NCBI RefSeq assembly: GCF_016432865.1
Contig: NC_067401.1
Coordinates: 185,752,001 to 185,816,000, forward strand
DNA length: 64,000 nt
Direction of reading: 5' to 3'
Source of the DNA: Antechinus flavipes
Taxonomy: Eukaryota
Below, piece by piece: positions 1 through 12,524 of this stretch. The notes below the pieces were generated by a model. The model was not told the origin of the DNA and made no database searches. It saw nothing but the letters and a program-made list of their open reading frames with translations. A program made the position numbers and the translations under genes. Every line of letters begins with the position of its first letter. Within the stretch, counting starts at the first letter, position 1.

Positions 1-611
1 GGGCCAGTGGCCTCTTGGTGAGGGTTCCTGGCTCCTTGTCTCCCCTCCCCAAACCTGTTCTGCATCTCCTGTTCCACCTCCCCCACTTTTCTCCCTCCTT
101 TGGTAAGGAAGAAGGAAGGAGGTAGAGTGGAATTTTCCAACCACTTTGAAAGGGGGAGGAGGAACTACTTCACCCAGAACCACCCAGTTCTTGAGTTGCC
201 CCTGAGGGTAGAAGGTGGGGCAGAAGCAAGCAGAGAGCTGTCCCATTTCTTGGGCACCTTGGCAGGTTCAAGGTGCCTTTGCCTGTTTGCCACAAGCCTG
301 GTTTTCCCATCTGAGGTTTAGATTGGTGTCCTTCCTCTCTCTGGCCACACCTTGACTTGACTTTACCTCTCCCCACCTGGAGCCCCTGTCAGCTGCTGAT
401 ACTCTTATAATGACTGCAGAGATCACACCTTCCAAGGTGGTTTCTTCCAAACTTAAAAAAAAAAAAAAATACACCACCAACCCCTTTGAGAAGCACTGGT
501 TAATAAAATAACAACTAATTGGTCAGAAAGAGGAAAGTCAAATTGGGAATATGCCCTCAAAGCCTCAAACATCACTTCAGTCCCCTAATGATGACCCTTC
601 CCATTTCACAG

Positions 612-3600
612 GAATGACACCAAGGAGGATGTCTTTGTCCACCAGGTAAGAGTCAGGCTTCTCAGGTAGGATCAGAAGATTCAAGGATTGTTTTTTTTTT
701 TTTCTGAATGTTATTTAATGAACCTCTCTACTTGCTTAGTCTTAACTGGGAATCTGCTATGGCAACTTTAAAAAAACTATTACTATTGCCTCCAATCCCA
801 TTATGCCCCATCTGTGACAAGTACCTGAAATAACTATCATTAGTCATTTTTAAAGCATTAAAAGTGCTAACTTAAATAACTTACTAGAAATAATTGGTGG
901 TATCTATTAATAGAGATAGGAACTGGGCCTGTGATTGAATTAGAATAGGGAACTCCCTCAATCCTTTTGGGTCAGTACCTTCTCCTACCTATCAGATTTG
1001 CTTAGAGTACCGAGAGATTAAGGGATTTACTTGCCCAGAATTAGAGAGGCTGGACTTGAGCTTTGGTCATCTTAATGTTTGAGTTCAACTTTTTACTATT
1101 CCATACTGCCTCGAATTAATATACATTAATAACATTAATATAGTATGAATTAGTTTATCAGGTTAGCTGCCATTTATCCAGAATATAATATTTTAATTGG
1201 GGAGAAAAATGATCTAAATAGGGTTGATAAATTTAGGGAATAGAAAGGACTCTTAAACTTTGTCTAAATGAATCTTGCCTAGGTTCTGTTGGCTGTGTCT
1301 TTTCCTCTTTTACTATCACATTTCCCTAATGGGAAATCTCTAAGTATGTCTGGGTGGGAAATACATTTGGACAGCAGGACACCAAAATCCCTAGTCATAA
1401 TCTAAATCTTTGGCCTACTTTTTGCAAATCTTCCTTCTACCCATAGTTATATAGCTTATTGAGCATTAAGGCAATGGATATTTGATATTAATGGGTAAAA
1501 GGTGTGTCTTCCTGTCTTGTCCCAGCTCTTCTCACTGCTTTTTCCCCAACCAGACAGCCATTAAAAGAAACAACCCTCGGAAGTTTCTGCGCAGTGTTGG
1601 GGATGGGGAAACAGTGGAGTTTGATGTCGTGGAAGGAGAGAAGGTTTGGGGGATTCATGGAGGGGCAGGAGGACCTAGAAACCAGGAAGAATAAGGATTA
1701 AGGGAAGGGTAATCCTGGGCTTCAAAACCTCATGAGGTTATCATCTACCCTACTTTTTTGGCCCTTCTTCCCAGCTAGAAGGTATGGGGGCCTCAATCTT
1801 ACTATTTCCAATCAAGAGTTGGGATGTTAAGAGAAATTCTAAATTAATTTTAGTCACCTCTGATACTAGCCCTAAGATAAGTCAGTGATGTGTTCTGAGT
1901 GGATCATGTAGGGTGGGCAGGGGGGAGTTGGAGTTGGGAAAGAGTTCTGATTTTTTCCATCCCAGGGTGCAGAAGCTGCTAATGTGACTGGTCCAGGGGG
2001 GGTACCAGTGAAGGGCAGTCGCTATGCTCCCAACCGACGCCGTTTTCGTAGATTTATTCCCCGGCCACGCCCTGCTGCACCCCCACCCCTGGTGGCAGAG
2101 GCCCCTACAGGGGTAGCAGAGCCAGGTAGTGAAGGGGAACGTGCTGAGGATCCTAGTCAGCGACCTCGACGACGACGCCCACCCCCCTTCTTTTACCGAC
2201 GACGTTTTGTCAGGGGCCCTAGGCCCTCCAACCAGCAGCAGCCTATGGAGGTGAGAGAAGGTTTAGATTGCTAGGTATCCTAAATCACAAAAGCCTAGGA
2301 AGAGATAATTAAGTTTCGATGGCCCCAAGAGAAAAGTAAGATATTGAATCATAGTTTTGAACTAGAAGAGAACAAGTTCTATTCCCAATGATTTTCCTAG
2401 GGTCACACAGCTAGTATCTCAGGCAAAATTTGAGCTCAGGATTTCTGACCTGAGTCCAGCTTATTATCTAGTAAGCTACTTAGACACCTAGAAAGAAGAG
2501 TGTGATGAGCAGAGGTGGATAGAAGTTGATGGTTAGGTCTTTGTGGAAATTTGCGTCAAATCAGGCCAAGCCAAGTACATTCTAGGAAGTGGAACCTTTA
2601 TACATTTTGAACATTCACAAACTCCAGTTTTACATATCTTCAGGGAACAGATGGGGTAGAGCCCAAAGACCCAGCCCCCTTAGAAGGGGATCAGCAGCAG
2701 GGAGATGAACGGGCACCTCCACCCAGATTCCGACCCAGATATCGAAGGTAAGCATATCTTCCCTCTCCTAGCTATTATCTAAAGATTGATTTGCACATAT
2801 CAGTGTGTTTTCTTTTCTACAATTACTATTAGTTTTCTTGAGAATAGACATTGAGCTCTAAGAAAAGCAATAGAGCTTAGGGGGAGGAAATTAAAGGGCA
2901 GCATGCCTAGCTTCTAAGAGTACAGGATTTTTAGGCACTAGAAACCTAGCTCTGAAGAGATTGGAGAGGAAGGAGCCAAAATTGTAGACCTGGGCTTATA
3001 TAAGGCTTGTGATTTATTAGCAGTTGTAGTTTTTTGCAGAGAGCTAAAGTAGAGTGAGGCAAGTAGGAAGGATATCTAATCTTGACCCAATTGTTTATCT
3101 CCCCAACACCCAGGCCTTTCCGTCCTCGGCCTCCACAGCAGCCCACCACAGAAGGTGGTGATGGAGAGACCAAACCCAGCCAGGGTCCCACAGATGGCTC
3201 CAGGCCTGAGCCCCAGCGCCCAAGAAATCGGCCTTACTTTCAACGTAGGAGGCAACAGCCTCCGGGTCCCCGGCAGACTGCAGCCCCTGAGGTAAGAGCT
3301 AAGGAAAATTAATCTATGTGTGGGGATAGTGATTATGAAGATGAGAAAGCTGAAACCAGTCTTTTCTGTGTCCTTTTCCATGCAGGCTGATAACAAAGAG
3401 CCAGTACCCCCGGGCCCACCCCCAGCAGGTGCCCCTACCCATCAGGAGACCCCAGTGGAGGCAGTCAAGCCCATCCCACCTCCTGCGGACACACCTTCCC
3501 AGCCCCGCTTGGAGCCACAGCACCAGCTTGTGGATGTGAATTCCAAGGGGTGGTAGGGGGGAGGATTGGGAGAGATAGGTAAACTTGGACAAGGGGGAAT

Positions 3601-3729
3601 AGAGAACAGGTAAGAATTGATTGTGGTTAGGTATTTTAGTTATATATAGACTTCTCACTTCTAACCTTTTATCTTCAGACCTCAACCCCTATAACCAGTG
3701 GGGACTCCCCTACCACCTTACTGGAGTGA
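612..3729 (+). CDS. YBX2: Y-box binding protein 2 (MSY2/contrin), 5'-partial; exons 1-2 lie upstream of the window
   Basis: GT-AG exons 612-645, 1554-1643, 1966-2250, 2644-2747, 3114-3291, 3679-3729 (TGA). Cold-shock domain end [41 protein letters not shown], Arg-rich islands, C-terminus [17 protein letters not shown] 3' UTR exon appears to start at 3889. Confidence 0.96.
3386..3535 (+). CDS. YBX2: Candidate additional YBX2 coding exon (Pro-rich/acidic, 50 aa)
   Basis: Polypyrimidine tract plus CAG at 3383-3385; open in phase 0 ([15 protein letters not shown]...QHQLVD); weak donor GTGAAT at 3536 keeps frame with exon 3679. Confidence 0.45.
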
Positions 3730-4198
3730 TTCCAACTAGGGGGACAACTAGAGCAGCTATCTGGTTGAGTATCCCTATGGCTTGAAGCCATATTGAAAAA
3801 CAAGGGTTCGGGGTAGGGAAGTAGCAAATAGTATTTTCAAATATTTTTTAACTCCTTCCTTTTTCTCTTCATTTTTTTTTTTCTTTAGGTATCTGCCGAC
3901 TTTTTCCAACTGCTCCTTCCCTGTCTCCCTCCCCCCCTCCAAAAAAATCCATGACATTGAAACAGCGGCCTTCACCCTGTCCCCTCCTTCCCAGGACCCA
4001 GGAGGGTAGAACAACTTTTTAATTTGGTTCAAACCCCCCACCCCCACCCCCAAGGGTGGAAGGAAGGGAGTACATCCTTTGTCCACTGGAGCCAGATCTC
4101 CCTTCCCCCCCACCCCAGTTTATTTTTTGGGTCTTCTCCCTCCCCCTCCCCAAACTCTGAAGCCATTTGGTGAAATGTCATGTGCCACCTGAGCCTCC

Positions 4199-4204
4199 AG
4201 TAAA
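4199..4204 (+). terminator. Variant polyadenylation signal AGTAAA, probable YBX2 3' end
   Basis: Only PAS-like hexamer near the end of the C-rich YBX2 3' UTR exon; followed by an A run. Confidence 0.45.
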
Positions 4205-4555
4205 AAAAAAAAAATTTGCACAGCTGTCCATGTTTCTGCCTCTACTCTGTTCTCATGACCAGAAGCTAAGGTGTTATGAGTTAGTATGCGTGATCAAAGA
4301 ATTTAGGAATATTGGTCCAGGTGGTGATCTTGGTGGATATGCAAGCTATTGCTTTGGATGCTAGAGCATACCCCAGGACCAAAGGAAGTCTTGTGAGAGT
4401 AGGAAATAGGCTGAGTTAGGTATTAAAGGAACAGACAGGAAAAGAGGATGGGGCAGATGCTAACAGATGTCTGACATTTGTCTCAGAACTGAGAAGCCAG
4501 CTCCAATTCTGCATCCCTTGAAAAAAGTAGCACACTTGCCTTTTATATAGTGACC

Positions 4556-4600
4556 TTTATATATATAAATATATATACGTATATATATATATATATTTAT

Positions 4601-4631
<31 letters not shown>

Positions 4632-4632
4632 A
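4556..4632. repeat. (TA)n/(CA)n compound microsatellite
   Basis: Visible dinucleotide runs. Confidence 0.9.
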
Positions 4633-4870
4633 TCTTTTTTTTTCTTTCTACACAAACATATAAAAATGTTCTAAGGCTCCAATCAGCCTTATTACACCAA
4701 CAGAAGCCTCCATGCTGGTTTTTTTTTTTGGTTTTTTTTTTTATCAGGAGCTCAAAGGGCTACCTTGTACAAAATTCATTTCAGGGTGAGAATGAGTTTG
4801 GTGGGAGACAATGCCCCACCTTAAGGCTCTTTAAGTGGGAATCCATAAAAGAAAGACTTACTGGCATATT

Positions 4871-5190
4871 TGTGATAATACTACCCAAAAGCCAGAATGA
4901 AGAGTTTTCCCTAGAATGTTGACTACCACGTGCAGTCTCCCCAAAAGATAACAAAAGGAGGTATACTAGAGCAATCCCCTACTATGTGCGCAATTTAACC
5001 AAAGGTCAGGAGTAAGGGAAGGAAAATAATTTTCCTAATGTCCTCCCAGTCATGTGCAGTCTTCCCAAGGGAGAGAATGATGTGAAGGGGGAGGTATCAT
5101 CCTTAGAGCTTCCCTTAACAGGTAGTGCACAGTCTTAACAAAAGAAAGAATGAAAAAGTAAAAGTACCTTCCCATGAGCTTTCTCAACAT
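4871..5190. repeat. Diverged minisatellite, about five 56-71 bp units
   Basis: Units start near 4872, 4930, 4986, 5054 and 5125; they share GTGCA(C)AGTCT..AA..GAATGA..GGTA..CC..GAGC-like motifs. Confidence 0.6.
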
Positions 5191-5723
5191 GAATACTTAT
5201 GTATTTCCCCATTCAATGGGCTTACCACCCATATCTTTGACTTTGTCAGGTTGGATGTGAGGGGTAACCTCATAGGAAATCAAGATGCTAACTTAGGGAG
5301 CTAGGCCTTAGGCTTTTTCCTCTTTAGAAAGACAGGCTAATTATTTCCCACTTGGAAAAATTCTAGGGGATTTCTGGTACTCCCTCTTTTGTAGCAGAGG
5401 GAATAGAAATCTCAGGTTAGAAATAAGGGGAGAGAGGGATCAGGGAACCCTTGGGGGTAAGGAGGTTGGGGACATAGCCCTGCCTATATTTATACCCCAA
5501 GCCTTACCCATATAAATAATCCAAGAGTCACACTAAAGAGAATGGGTTTGGGGATGGTGGTGGTGGAGGAATTCAAGCCATATATATTAGCCCCCAGTAC
5601 CACCAGACCTAAGATATTCCTTCCTGTCCTTGTGGGGATTCGAAAGGGGAACTTAAAGTGCTGCAGAGAAGAGGAGAGTTCAATTAAGGGAGAAGGGGGA
5701 AAGGTGTACTTCCACCTTTCCTC

Positions 5724-8700
5724 TCAGTCATTCTCATCTGGTCCCAGGTATTCAAGTTCTGTGCTGGGCTTCACTTCCTGTTCCAGCAATGATGGGGTCC
5801 GTCGGAAGGCTGCAGATATCTGGTCAAATGTTCGGCCCCGTGTTTCTGGCACCTTCAAGTAGGTGAATAAAAAGAAGCCAAGCAGGAGGACAGCAAAGAG
5901 GAGGAAGACATAAGGGCCACTGGCATCCTAGAGCAAAGGTAAGAAGTAGCTAGCTTAGGAGAATAGTGGTCACAATCCACAGGACTACAAGGATCAGATA
6001 GGGTGGTGGTCCTAACAGTTTGTAAGGTTTGGGAAGGAGGGTTGATATGGACTGTTAAACAATAAAATAGTAGGGAGGAGAGTAGGACTGAATTAAGAGC
6101 AAAGATACATTGTTTATTTAAATACATTTAATTCAAAGAATAATTACTCATAAAAATTGCATTTCTTCTTGACTTGGCTTTTTCTGAGCACTGCCCTAGT
6201 CTGGGAATTTCTCTCCGCTATGCCACTAGGCTGAAAAAATCCTTGAACAACATTGGAAGCATTCAGGTAAAAACTGGTTGACTAGTTATTATGTAGGTTG
6301 TAGAGAGGATTCTTGTTGAGGTATTAGTTGGACAGATAGTCTATAAGGCTTTTCTCAACTCTGATATTCTACAAATAGGAAGCCGAGAAAGGAAAACACA
6401 CACTCACACAACACATATCCACACACCTACACCCACACACAGAGCTATATATATATATATATATACACAGAGCTATATATATATATATTACTCTGTGTGT
6501 GTCTTTCCCATCAGTTAGGCCTTGAATTTTTATGTATATGGTGGTAGCAGGGAAGTGAAGAGAACAGAAATGGAAAGTAAGAGGTTAGAGTATCTCTTCC
6601 TATACTACAGTTAATGATCTGATGGGAAAATTTCTACCTGAAATTCACCTGTGGGGTATGGTATGTATGTAAGTTGGGGAAAGAAAAAAAGACTTACCGC
6701 AATGTATTGGAAGCTCATACCCACAATGAAATTGCACGTCCAATTGGAGAAGCCAGCCAAAGCCATGGCAGCTGGTCGAGGTCCCTGACTAAAGAGTTCA
6801 GCCACAATGAACCATGGGATAGGACCTGGACCAATCTCAAAGAAAGCCACAAAGCCAAAGATGGCTATCATACTGGCATAGCTCATGGCAGGAACCCGTT
6901 CCTGAATAACAAGGGTAACAGAGATAGTCAGTTTACATTTCATGCTTTTCTAAAAAGTCAGAAGTTCCTTGGATCCTCTAGGGAATTATAATTCCAAATG
7001 CTATCCCAATGAGGACTGAGGGGAATACAAGTTATAGCAACATCTGGGGCAGCCAGTTCCCTCAATACCTAGCAAGTCTCCTAAGGGCATCTGAAGATCA
7101 TAATTTGGCTCCTGGGGGGTGCACAAGGACTCTGCACCCAAATAGTTCCTGGAAGACTCTGGTGTCTAGGAAGTATGAAAGCTTCAGAAGTTCTAAGAAC
7201 TGTAATTCAGACTTTCCTCAAAACTCCTAATCCCAGGTAAAAATGATAAATGCAAATAACCAAGAAATATAACTGTCTTGGAGAGGCTAAGGAAAGCACT
7301 GGAATTGAGGGAATGATGACATCCTGTTTCTGGGACCATGGAGATTGTTTTAGAAATAGCATTGCTATCCACCCTCTCCCCCTCCTTTGGGATCAAAGCT
7401 TCATGGGCATTTCTTAAGTATGGTGACTCTCCCCAGAAGTGGACATTGGCTTTTCTCCACCCCTCCCCCAACCTAACCCAAGGTCATCACCAGCAAGAGA
7501 AGAGCCACAGTCATCAAAATAGCACATCCACACATTCCAGCCAGGCCCAAGAGATGTAATGTCCGACGTCCAGCCCGTTCCACTAGAAATACCTGGGGAG
7601 GGAAAAGCAAGAGGCCTTAAGATTAGGTCCCTGAGTAGAAGCAAAATGGGGGAAGAGCTGAAAGATAAAGGAAAGAAGATCCAGGTGAGAAAATGGAAAA
7701 AGAGGGAGCTCCTCTCAAATTCTACACTGGTATACCCTAGAGAGGTGGGCTCAAGGTCAAAAGATAACCTCTACCTGGATCCCACATCAGTGCAATTACC
7801 GAGACCAAAGTGAAAGCTGTGTTGACCACGCCTGCTCCAATGGTAGCATATGCTGGCTGTCCTACTCCTGCTGATTCGAAAATGCTAGTTGAATAGTAGA
7901 AAACCTGGGTAAGAAGGAAATGAAAAATGAGAAAGCTCTCCTGACCAGCTTATATTGTCCTAGTTTTCTGATCCCTCTATGTAATGTATGTCTGCAATTC
8001 CTTTAATAATTTTTTCCCTTAATACAGATACACAAATACATAACCCTCCTTATTCCCACTCCTAAAGTCTTTCTATCCAAAAATGTTAGCTACTCTAACC
8101 ATCCCTATTCCTCTTTCAAATCTTAAGTATTTTTTTAAACCTAATCCCAAATGCCTCCAACTCTAATACTGATCCTAAATGCCTCCTACTCTAATCCCAA
8201 ATGAAATTCCAATCCTAATCCTAAATTCCAACTCTAACCCTAGTCTACTAGCATGATCTGCTACTCCCTCTCAAATCCTGTTCCTCCACATCTTTATTCC
8301 TTCACCTTTCTGTCCCCAGCCCAATCCTTACAGCATTGATCCCTGACAGCTGCTGGCTGAGTTGCAGCACAATGGCAATGACCAAAGGCTGTCGATGGGT
8401 TCGGCTGTGGAGAAGCTGGAGCAAGGAAAGGGGCTGCTCCCGTTCCAGCTGGCGTTTCTCCTCCTTCAGCTCTGCTAGTGCTCCAGATACATCTGCCCAT
8501 CCAGTCAGTTGCTTCAGACCTAGGCAGGGGAAAGAGGAGTCAGGATTAGAGGAGAAATGCATGGGTCCTTAGCAAAAGCAGGGATCTAGAAAAAAGAGAA
8601 GACTGGTGTAGAGAAACTTGAATAAGATCCTGAGGGAAAACAGTCTGGCTGGGTAGGGTTTAGATATTTGGTTCCCTTTGTCACTGGAAAGAGGAAGTGT

Positions 8701-11610
8701 CTTACTTTTTCTGGCAGGGCCTTCAAGGTTACGAATGATATAAAGGTATCGGGGACTCTCTGGGCAGAAGGGCAATAATATAAGTTGAAGGAGGGCAGGA
8801 AGTACAGTCACGCTCATCAGCAGTGGCCACAGCTTCTCTGTTCCCAGCATGGAATCCAAACCTAGTACCTGGCAGAGGAGGGGGAAAAAAAAAAGAGAGA
8901 ATGTGAGATAAAACTTATTGTTCCTTCCCCTTTCCTATACCCTTAAAAGCACTTCTTTTTTCCTGGTTCTGTCCTTCCATCTCCCTGGGACCTTCCTTTT
9001 TTTCTATATTTCAATCCCCCAGTAAGTACAAAGAACAAAAATTGCATACCTGGGCAACCAGGATGCCAATGACTATGGCTAGCTGATTGAGGGTTCCTAA
9101 AGCACCCCGAAGGTGAGTGGGCGCAATCTCCCCCACATACATAGGGACCAGTCCTGATGTCAGCCCTAATGAGGCAGGAGAAAGGTCATAAGAGATCGAA
9201 AATTCCATATTCACCATGCCCATACCTCTAACTTCGGTTGGGAGGGCAGGCAGAATATGTTATTCAAATTCCCCTAAATGAAGGGAGGTTTTTGGCGGAT
9301 ACCTGAATAGGCGCCAATGAGAAATCGTCCAAGGATGAGCATCTCATAAGAAGCAGCTGCCTTGGCCAAGCCCATGAGTGCTCCTCCCAGAAGAGCCACA
9401 CTGTTATTGACTATCATAGCACGCTTCCTATAGGTGCCAGACATAGAAACACCAAAGAGATTTGAGATGGGAAAAGTAAAGGAGTGGTGGAAATTGCCCA
9501 TGCTGTGATCTCCTCCCCATTCTCACACTCCCTTTAGCCTCTGGTACCTGCCCAACCACTGGGAGATGATGCCAAGAAGGAAGGAAGAGATCATGCCACC
9601 CACAGAGAAGATGGCAACTGAGAGAGCCCAGAGGGTAGTGAGAGTGCCCGGAGGGATGGATCTGGGGGCTTCCGGACCTTGACGGGACAGCCATGTTTCA
9701 TTGTAACTCTGTTCAATCACCTGAAGGGAAGACAGTAAGCACTGGTAAATTCCCTTCAGAATCTCCACTCTTACCCCTGTCCTTTAAGAGAGAATCTAAT
9801 TTCTTTTAGCTTCAGGAAATTCTCTTCTCTGAATGAATGGTCCTCTGTTCTAATTCGTCTCCAAAAGGGATCTTTTTTCCTTCCAAACCTTTCAGGATAG
9901 TATTCAGCCATCTAAAACCTCCTACTCTTCCCTATGGGATCCAGGTAGATCTCTTCAACCCCCTGTCAGTGCCATAATATTCAGTCCCCTCACCTTCTGT
10001 GGAGCATTGATAACCCCAATATTGTAGCCAAACTGGAGGGAGCCAAGCACAGCAGAGAATACGGCAAGAATCAGGGTTCCTGTGACCCGCTGTCTCGGAG
10101 GATCCCCCTCCTAGATAGTGAACAGGAAAGGAAACATCAAGGATCCAAAATTCTGAGCTAACCATTTTTAAGCTTTTACTCTTCCATCCCCAGATCCATC
10201 ACTGGGGCAGTGAATGAAGTCAAAAATTAGGAATCTAATATTAGGACCATATTAGGAATCTAATTCAGATCCCAGTGTAAACAGGAGGAACAAATGGAAT
10301 CTACCCACCCCCACACATATGGGAACACAGAAATTCACTCTAGCCTTGAAGAAAGCCTCTCCCCACTCCCATTCCCACACCCAAGAAAAAGGCTAGGCAA
10401 ATGAATTCTTGGCCAGGATAAATTCCTTTTCCAAATCTTGGTGCCTTGTGCCCTCTCATTTCTTTGCTACCCTCTCAGTAATTTATCCAAGTATAACTTA
10501 CAGATCTTTTCTATTGAAGAGGACAGTTCTAATATGGTCATCTAGATCATTAAAATAAGACTTAAAAGATTTTCAGCTAAGTCCTCTTGGAGTCCTCCCC
10601 CCACCCCCATTCAATGTCAGAGATTTATTTGCTGGGGGTGGGGAGAGAGGGTACCCAGAGGAGTCAGGAGGAAAAGTGGTGGTGAGGGCGAGGGTGGAGG
10701 TTGGCAGGATAGATGCTGGCAGCACAGATTGTCTCTCCAGTAGAAACCTGAGCTGGAGGCTGGGGGGAGGGGGGCGCCTTATGACACTCCTCCTTCTCCC
10801 TCCCCCTCCCTAACTGTGGAGCCAAAGGGAAAGTTCAGAGACCTGGAGAGAAGCCAGGTTGTGGTATGTGTATGTGTGCTGGGGGTGGGGGCGAAGAGGG
10901 ATAGGGACTCATATGGAGCAACTAGCCAAGAGGAACAGGACAGGGCAATCAAAACTCAGATACCCTAAGAGCCTAGATGTCTAGGTCTCCCATACTCAAA
11001 CGACTCAGAATATGCAATGCCAGGCAGTGACCCTGCATATTCTTCTCTAATTCCCCTTCCCCCAACATCTGATGGGGACATGAGTTCAGACAGTGGTATC
11101 AATCACACCAAGGAAGTTGACTTAGAGACACAAAGAAACGCACTGATGATTCAGTTATTTCTTTTTCTAACAAGTTATTCTTGTTACTATACCTTATATG
11201 TTCTATACCCCAAGAGGAGTCCTATATCCCAACATTTGAGACTTGAGGACTTCCTATAAGATACCTTCCCCTATCCTGCCTCCTACATTTGGTTTTTGAC
11301 AAATGCCGACTCAACCTCTCCCTTCGAATCTCTATTCACAGCGGTAAAGACCTAAAGTCTCATGATTACTCAGCCATAGTATAAATAACTAGAAGCCCCT
11401 AATCGCGCTTTCCTCCCTTCTCCCCGCCCCCAATCCAGTATCACCCCCTACTCACCACAGTCTCAGAACCTGTAGAGCCTGCGCAGGAGTTTCACCGCAC
11501 TCCAACCCCGTTAGGAAAAGGGGGAACCTAGAGAGAATCCCTTACAGCCCAATTCCCAGAAAACCAGTTTTCCCTACCTCGGACCAGATCTGCTGAAACC
11601 CCGACGGCAT
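5724..11610 (-). CDS. SLC2A4: Insulin-responsive glucose transporter GLUT4, 509 aa, 11 exons
   Basis: Exons (minus) 11578-11610, 9994-10110, 9548-9720, 9303-9427, 9050-9165, 8706-8868, 8332-8519, 7800-7904, 7491-7592, 6698-6901, 5724-5927; total 1530 nt. N-terminal FQQI motif, QQLSGINA, C-terminal RRTPSLL and [12 protein letters not shown]. Confidence 0.98.
6395..6490. repeat. (CA)n-like and duplicated ACAGAGC(TA)n microsatellite in SLC2A4 intron 10
   Basis: Visible repeats. Confidence 0.8.
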
Positions 11611-12023
11611 CTCTGTGACGAAGAGGGGAAAAACTTGGAGGTGGGGTGAGGGTCTACGAATACCAAAAAAGAATTGGAAACAGAACAGAGTCCGGGGAAG
11701 AAGTTGGTTGAACTTGAGAATCGGGAGCCAAAGGATGACTGGAGATAGACTGACTGGTGGGAAATAGGAAAAAGGAATTGGCGAAAATTGAAAGAAGGGA
11801 ATTGGGGAAATGAGAAAAGGAAAGGTGAATGGGAGTACTGGGAGGAGAACCCAAAGTAGAGGAGCTGGAAAGGAGCAGAAGGAACGCGTATCCTACCCAG
11901 ACACGGGAGAGACCCGGCGAATCCCCTCCCACCCACACACACCCCACACCTAATCCGAGAGTCCCCATCCCCTCCAACAAACCACACCCCTATACACATG
12001 AGCCACACCTTCTCGCAATACCC

Positions 12024-12028
12024 ATTGG
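12024..12028 (-). promoter_or_regulatory. CCAAT box in the SLC2A4 proximal promoter
   Basis: AGCCAATGGG on the minus strand about 415 nt upstream of the ATG, with a GC-box-like CCCCGCC nearby. Confidence 0.5.
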
Positions 12029-12524
12029 CTAAGATCCCATACTCCCCCCAAAGTCACGCTCTTCCCTGGAGGCCCAAAGAAACCCCGCCTTCCTCAAGAA
12101 TGCCCAAGGGGAGGAGCTTGGGGAAAGTCAAGAGCCACTAAAGTGAAGGGCGCTCAATGCTATGTCTCTTAGGTACGGGCCTTGCGGTCAGTTCAGGGAG
12201 ACACACCCCCTCAGCTTCAGTCTTCCCCTTCTCACAGAAAGACCCAAAGTAATTGGGAGAAAACAGTCCCAGAGAAGGAAGAATCATGGGACTCGTCTTC
12301 TACCTCCACTCCTCCAAGTCCCCGCCACCCCCTGCTAGTGTGCTGGCTGGGGAAATGTACAAAGGGTGGAGAGTAGCACCCTCGTATGGGTTTTTGAAGG
12401 GAAAGGGCATAAGTAGATGAAGTCCTCCCCTACAACTGTGTCCTGGGTTGGATGGCCAGAACGGGGCGGGACAGAAAATGACGCGTGCTGGGGCGGGATC
12501 CTGGGTGCAGGGGTGGAGTGGCAA

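Noticed and set aside
9296-9302. GTATCC donor in SLC2A4 intron 4 as a U12-type intron
   Set aside because: It reads GTATCCGC rather than GTATCCTT, and no U12 branch site was evident.
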